Source: the human T2T-CHM13v2.0 reference genome, Homo sapiens. From it: a stretch of 64,000 nucleotides of DNA. The DNA lies in the NCBI RefSeq assembly GCF_009914755.1, contig NC_060939.1, one strand, 5' to 3'. Below, piece by piece: positions 60,035 through 64,000 of the stretch (its first letter is position 1; every line of letters begins with the position of its first letter). Both the position numbers and the translations under genes were made by a program. The notes under the pieces were generated by a model. That model did no database searches. It saw only the letters and a program-made list of their open reading frames with translations, and was not told the DNA's origin.

Positions 60035-62000
60035 AGTTTTTTGTTGCTTGATCCTTAAATATGTGCAACTAAGGATCACCAGATATTTGAAGAAAATCTG
60101 AAAAATGAAGAAAAGAACACAAGATGAATAGGCAGGAAAAATGACCTCACCAAAAAAAAAACAGAAATAGAGAAGAGATTGGATTTTTTTTCTTATGATT
60201 CTCAGAAAAACGTAAGCAGACACTGCATCCATAGAACAAAATGCTCTAAAAAAAGGAACAAAGAACAAAACGTTTAATGTATAACTGTATAATGTTTTTT
60301 AAAGTACTGAAAGGGTAGATGATTTTGAGGCAGGTATAATAGAGAAAAACAATGATGGAGAATGTGAGAGAAAAGATAAGTTATAGAGAATAAGTCTAGG
60401 CGGACTAGAAAGAAAGAACAGGGGAAAGAAAGAGGAGGAAATTATAAAAAAAATTTTAATTTCACAACACTAAAAAACAAGAATGAAGGGAGCCACTTAA
60501 TGTCTAGCACAAATAAATAAAACATGATCTACAGAGAAAACACAGTTTCTGAATGTTCTGAACACCTGGGATAAAGAGAAACATTTATGAATCTTTTGAG
60601 GAAGAAAACAACAAAACAAAACAAGAAAACATAAAAACAGGCCACCTGCAAAAGATCAGGAACCATAGCAACAAAGGATGTGATAGTTGATAAAGTAAAA
60701 CTTTAAGTTTTTGAGTGAAAATTATCTTCAATTTAGATTTCTCTTCCCAGCAAAACTATCAGGCAAGTGTAAGAATAGAACACAGATCTTTCAGATATGT
60801 TCTAAGTGGGAGAAAAAAGTAAAAGGGAAGATGGTATAGTGGAAATAATAATTTCAACCCAATAGAGTAAGGAAGGAGAATCCCAGGTTGACAGCTGAAT
60901 TTTACTGACAATTAGTTATGATTGGAGCAGGAGAAATGATTGCTTTGGGAGGAGGTATCAGAGAGTAGGGATTAGTGAGGAAAAGCGATTCTATAGGTAC
61001 ATTGCTACCTTTAATTTCCTAGATCATATAAGGAAGCAATACAAACATTGCAAGAATGAAGACAAGGACAAGTATAAATCCCAGGATAAATAAAATGCTA
61101 TAAAATAAAGGAAATAGAGCTACGCTATACCATTGGCTTCTAAGAGTGAACAGTAGTTATGGAGTCATCATTATATAGACACTGTTCATTGATTTCAACT
61201 TTTAGAATTCACCTATAGACAAAGCATGGAAGACAGACATGGCTACAGAACAGCATGTAAGTATTATCAACCTCCATGCTATAAAAGTGTAAACATGAAC
61301 AACAGAGAGCTTCAGAGTGAAGCTGGGGAGGAAACCTGAAGGGGAAGATGAGGGCACTCATCACTCTTTATTCCTATAGAACGGAGAATTAAGAAAATTC
61401 TGCCCATCATATGAGTTCATGTCCTTTGTAGGAACATGGATGAAGCTGGAAATCATCATTCTCAGCAAACTATCACAAGGACAAAAAACCAAACACCGCA
61501 TGTTTAATTGAACAATGAGAACACATGGACACAGGAAGGGGAACATCACACACTGGGGACTGTTTTGGGGTGGGGGGAGGGGGGAGGGATAGCATTAGGA
61601 GATATACCTAATATTAAATGACGAGTTAATGGGTGCAGCACACCAACATGGCACATGTATACATATGTAACAAACCTGCACGTTGTGCACATGTACCCTA
61701 AAACTTAAAGTATAATAAAAAAAAATTCATCATAGATGGAATAAGAAATGAAGGGATAAGTAATTACAAAGGAAACCCATACAGAAACCAAAAGTAGCAA
61801 TCAATAGATCATATCTAAAATCAATACATTAAGAAATAATAGTGTAAGTATGTTTTTTAGTGATATGGAGATGATCAGTAGAAAATTAAAAACAGGGACA
61901 TTTAAATAAAAGTGGTTGCTACTAAGGAATAACAGCAGCTGGCATGTGGTAAGGCGGGAGACTGACTTTTCATTTAAAATAATTTCTTGACTATTTTGTA
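60035..62000 (+). mobile_element. Old L1M (ORF1-side and downstream) fragments
   Basis: A-rich; tcaatttagatttctcttcccagcaaaactatca resembles an old L1 ORF1 motif. Confidence 0.5.
61409..61725 (+). mobile_element. 5'-truncated L1PA3-5 3' end
   Basis: atgagttcatgtcctttgtagg...aaatgacgagttaatgggtgcagcacacc...aacttaaagtataataaaaaaa; ~16-bp internal deletion after catgtt. Confidence 0.92.
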
Positions 62001-63039
62001 ACAATGGGTATCGATTACTTGCATTAAAAATTAAGAATTTAATACACAGATTAAAAGTAAAACTGTCTCCTACCGCAGCAAGTAATGTAATGGAGTGACA
62101 ATTATGACATCTATGGAAAAATATGAAAAATATTTGTCCTGTGTTTAAAATCTGAACCTTGATGCACAATGTGATCATAACCTTATAAAATATATATGAT
62201 CTGGACAGAGTCTGAAAGGTAACATGCAAAACAAGCATTTTGTGTGAAATCGTGAATAATTTTCTCTTTGCAAACTTTTATTTAATATCTTTTCACTGCT
62301 TTTTCAAGGATGCAGTTTAGTATTTATGGGTTATTATTACATGCAGCTATTTCACCTTTCAGTAATATTTATGAAAATGTAACGTGACAGTGAATTACAT
62401 GAGAAAATAGCATCCTATAAATATGCTACCTTGCCACTAAGAAAGGTCACTTTGGCTATAAAAAGTTACAATGAAGAGGGCCATGTATTTAGGCTATGCT
62501 GATTAGTTTCCAATTTCTATCATTTCAGGTATGTAAATTATTGCTGAAAACATGGTTTATGTTTGTGGTAAATGAAATTTATGTCGCCGGATGAATTGGC
62601 TTCACTGCTGGAAATCTGTACTGTTATTCCAAGCAGAGTCTCGCTGCTGGGAGACAAGAAATGAAATCTCAGTTTTCAATATGCTTTTCAAATGAAGGCA
62701 ATCATTAAATATAGCCCATTGGTATTGTATATTTAAAGCCAACAAAATAAGAGTTTTTGTTTGTTTGTTTGTTTAGTTTGTTCTTTTAGCTGGGCCCACA
62801 TGGGCCTCAGTACCAGTATACCTGGGGGTCTCTAAATTTCACCTGACCTATTGAACACTAATATTTCCAAACACTGATATTTCCAAACTGATATTTGCAG
62901 GACCAAGCCACTGCAAAAGAGAATTCCTATAAAACCTCCTGTGAAGTTGCTTCTCTTTATCTGTTGATCTTATGATGCTGAAAATAGGGGAAAGTTCGAC
63001 GCATTTGTTTTCACGACTTCTTCTTCAGGGGGTGATAGG

Positions 63040-63588
63040 TGTGGAGAGAAGAGTTAACAAAGCAGGCATGAGGAGGCTATGTTTAGAAGGGTCTGTCTGC
63101 AAGGGTGGGGGTCTTGGCCGACACCTGGGAACTTGGTACTTGTCCCATTCTCTAAGAAATCAGAGTGGTTCACTCTGCGTAGATTGTTTGCACAAACAAT
63201 GTGATTTATGCCGAACACCTGCTTAGTTCTGGGAATCTAGAAGAGCGGTACTTGCTAGTCAGAGGGTGCTTCTGTGACCATACCCCAATAAAAACCCTGG
63301 ATGCTGACTCCATAATGGGATCCCCAGGCAGAGACATTGCACACAGTACTGTACTTTCAGTTGCTGGAGAAAGGAACATGCTCAGTTGTGTCCCATCACA
63401 GGAGGGAATGGGTATAAGGAAGCCTGGCATTGATTTCTCTGCCTGTGTCTTTCCCTTATGATCCAGCTGTGTATTCTTACTATGTGGCTATAATAAACTC
63501 CAGCTTTGAGTACAACTGTTTGCTGAGTCCCGTGACTCCCTCTAGCAAATCTCTGAAGGTGAGAGTAATCTTTGGGATCCCTGAAACA
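63040..63588 (+). mobile_element. MER68/MER77-like ERVL solo LTR
   Basis: tgtggagagaagagttaacaaagcagg...ctgggaacttgg ... aataaa...gagtacaactgtttgctgagtcc...gaaaca. Confidence 0.75.
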
Positions 63589-63833
63589 GTAAGAAATATG
63601 TTAGTCCTGCCTCTTTCCCCTCATCCCTCCAGCCCCACCACTCTGCTTATAGTCAAAGATTTGGGAGTAATTCTCAAATACAGACATGGTTTCTAAGAAA
63701 GGCCTGGGATTCCAACCGTTTTGAACTGGTGTGCCTCCACTGAGGCTTCACTCTCATGCAGCCAAGTAATTTTACTTTTGAACAAGTGCAAGATTGCATG
63801 TTTTTAAATGGAGTTTAAAAGTAGTTAAAATTT

Positions 63834-64000
63834 GGGCCAGGTGCGGTGGCTCACACCTGTAATCCCAGCACTTTGGGAGGCCGAGGTGGGTGGATCACAA
63901 GGTCAGGAGATCGAGACCATCCTGGCTAACACGGTGAAACCCCATCTCTACTAAAATAAAAAAAATTAGCCGGGCATGGTGGCCGGCGCCTGTAGTCCCA
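63834..64000 (+). mobile_element. AluY/Sc, cut off by the window end
   Basis: ggatcacaaggtcaggagatcgagaccatcctggctaacacgg. Confidence 0.92.

Overview
This is non-coding, repeat-dense primate DNA (almost certainly human or great ape: AluY and L1PA2-type elements), consistent with a large intron or an intergenic region. I could not recognise any host protein-coding exon, RNA gene or CpG island. The only ORFs I can assign to a known protein are disrupted LINE-1 ORF2 pieces; the rest are Alu, microsatellite or chance frames. The window holds about 17 Alus (many with clear target-site duplications, TSDs), several L1s including two 5'-inverted (twin-primed) copies, solo LTRs (MER4A-like, MLT1A, MLT2A, MER68/77-like), hAT fossils (MER58, MER5, MER81, Charlie1), a long CR1/L3 remnant and many L2/MIR fragments. 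The feature least explained by repeats is a ~335-bp inverted duplication (42324-42659 vs 43753-44094, ~88% identical by hand, 1.1-kb spacer). Each arm carries branch point + polypyrimidine-AG + 41 nt + GT donor, i.e. a mirror-image micro-exon cassette on both strands, and the right arm has small fold-back hairpins at both ends. Repeat family names come from recalled consensus sequences, and boundaries of old elements are approximate.
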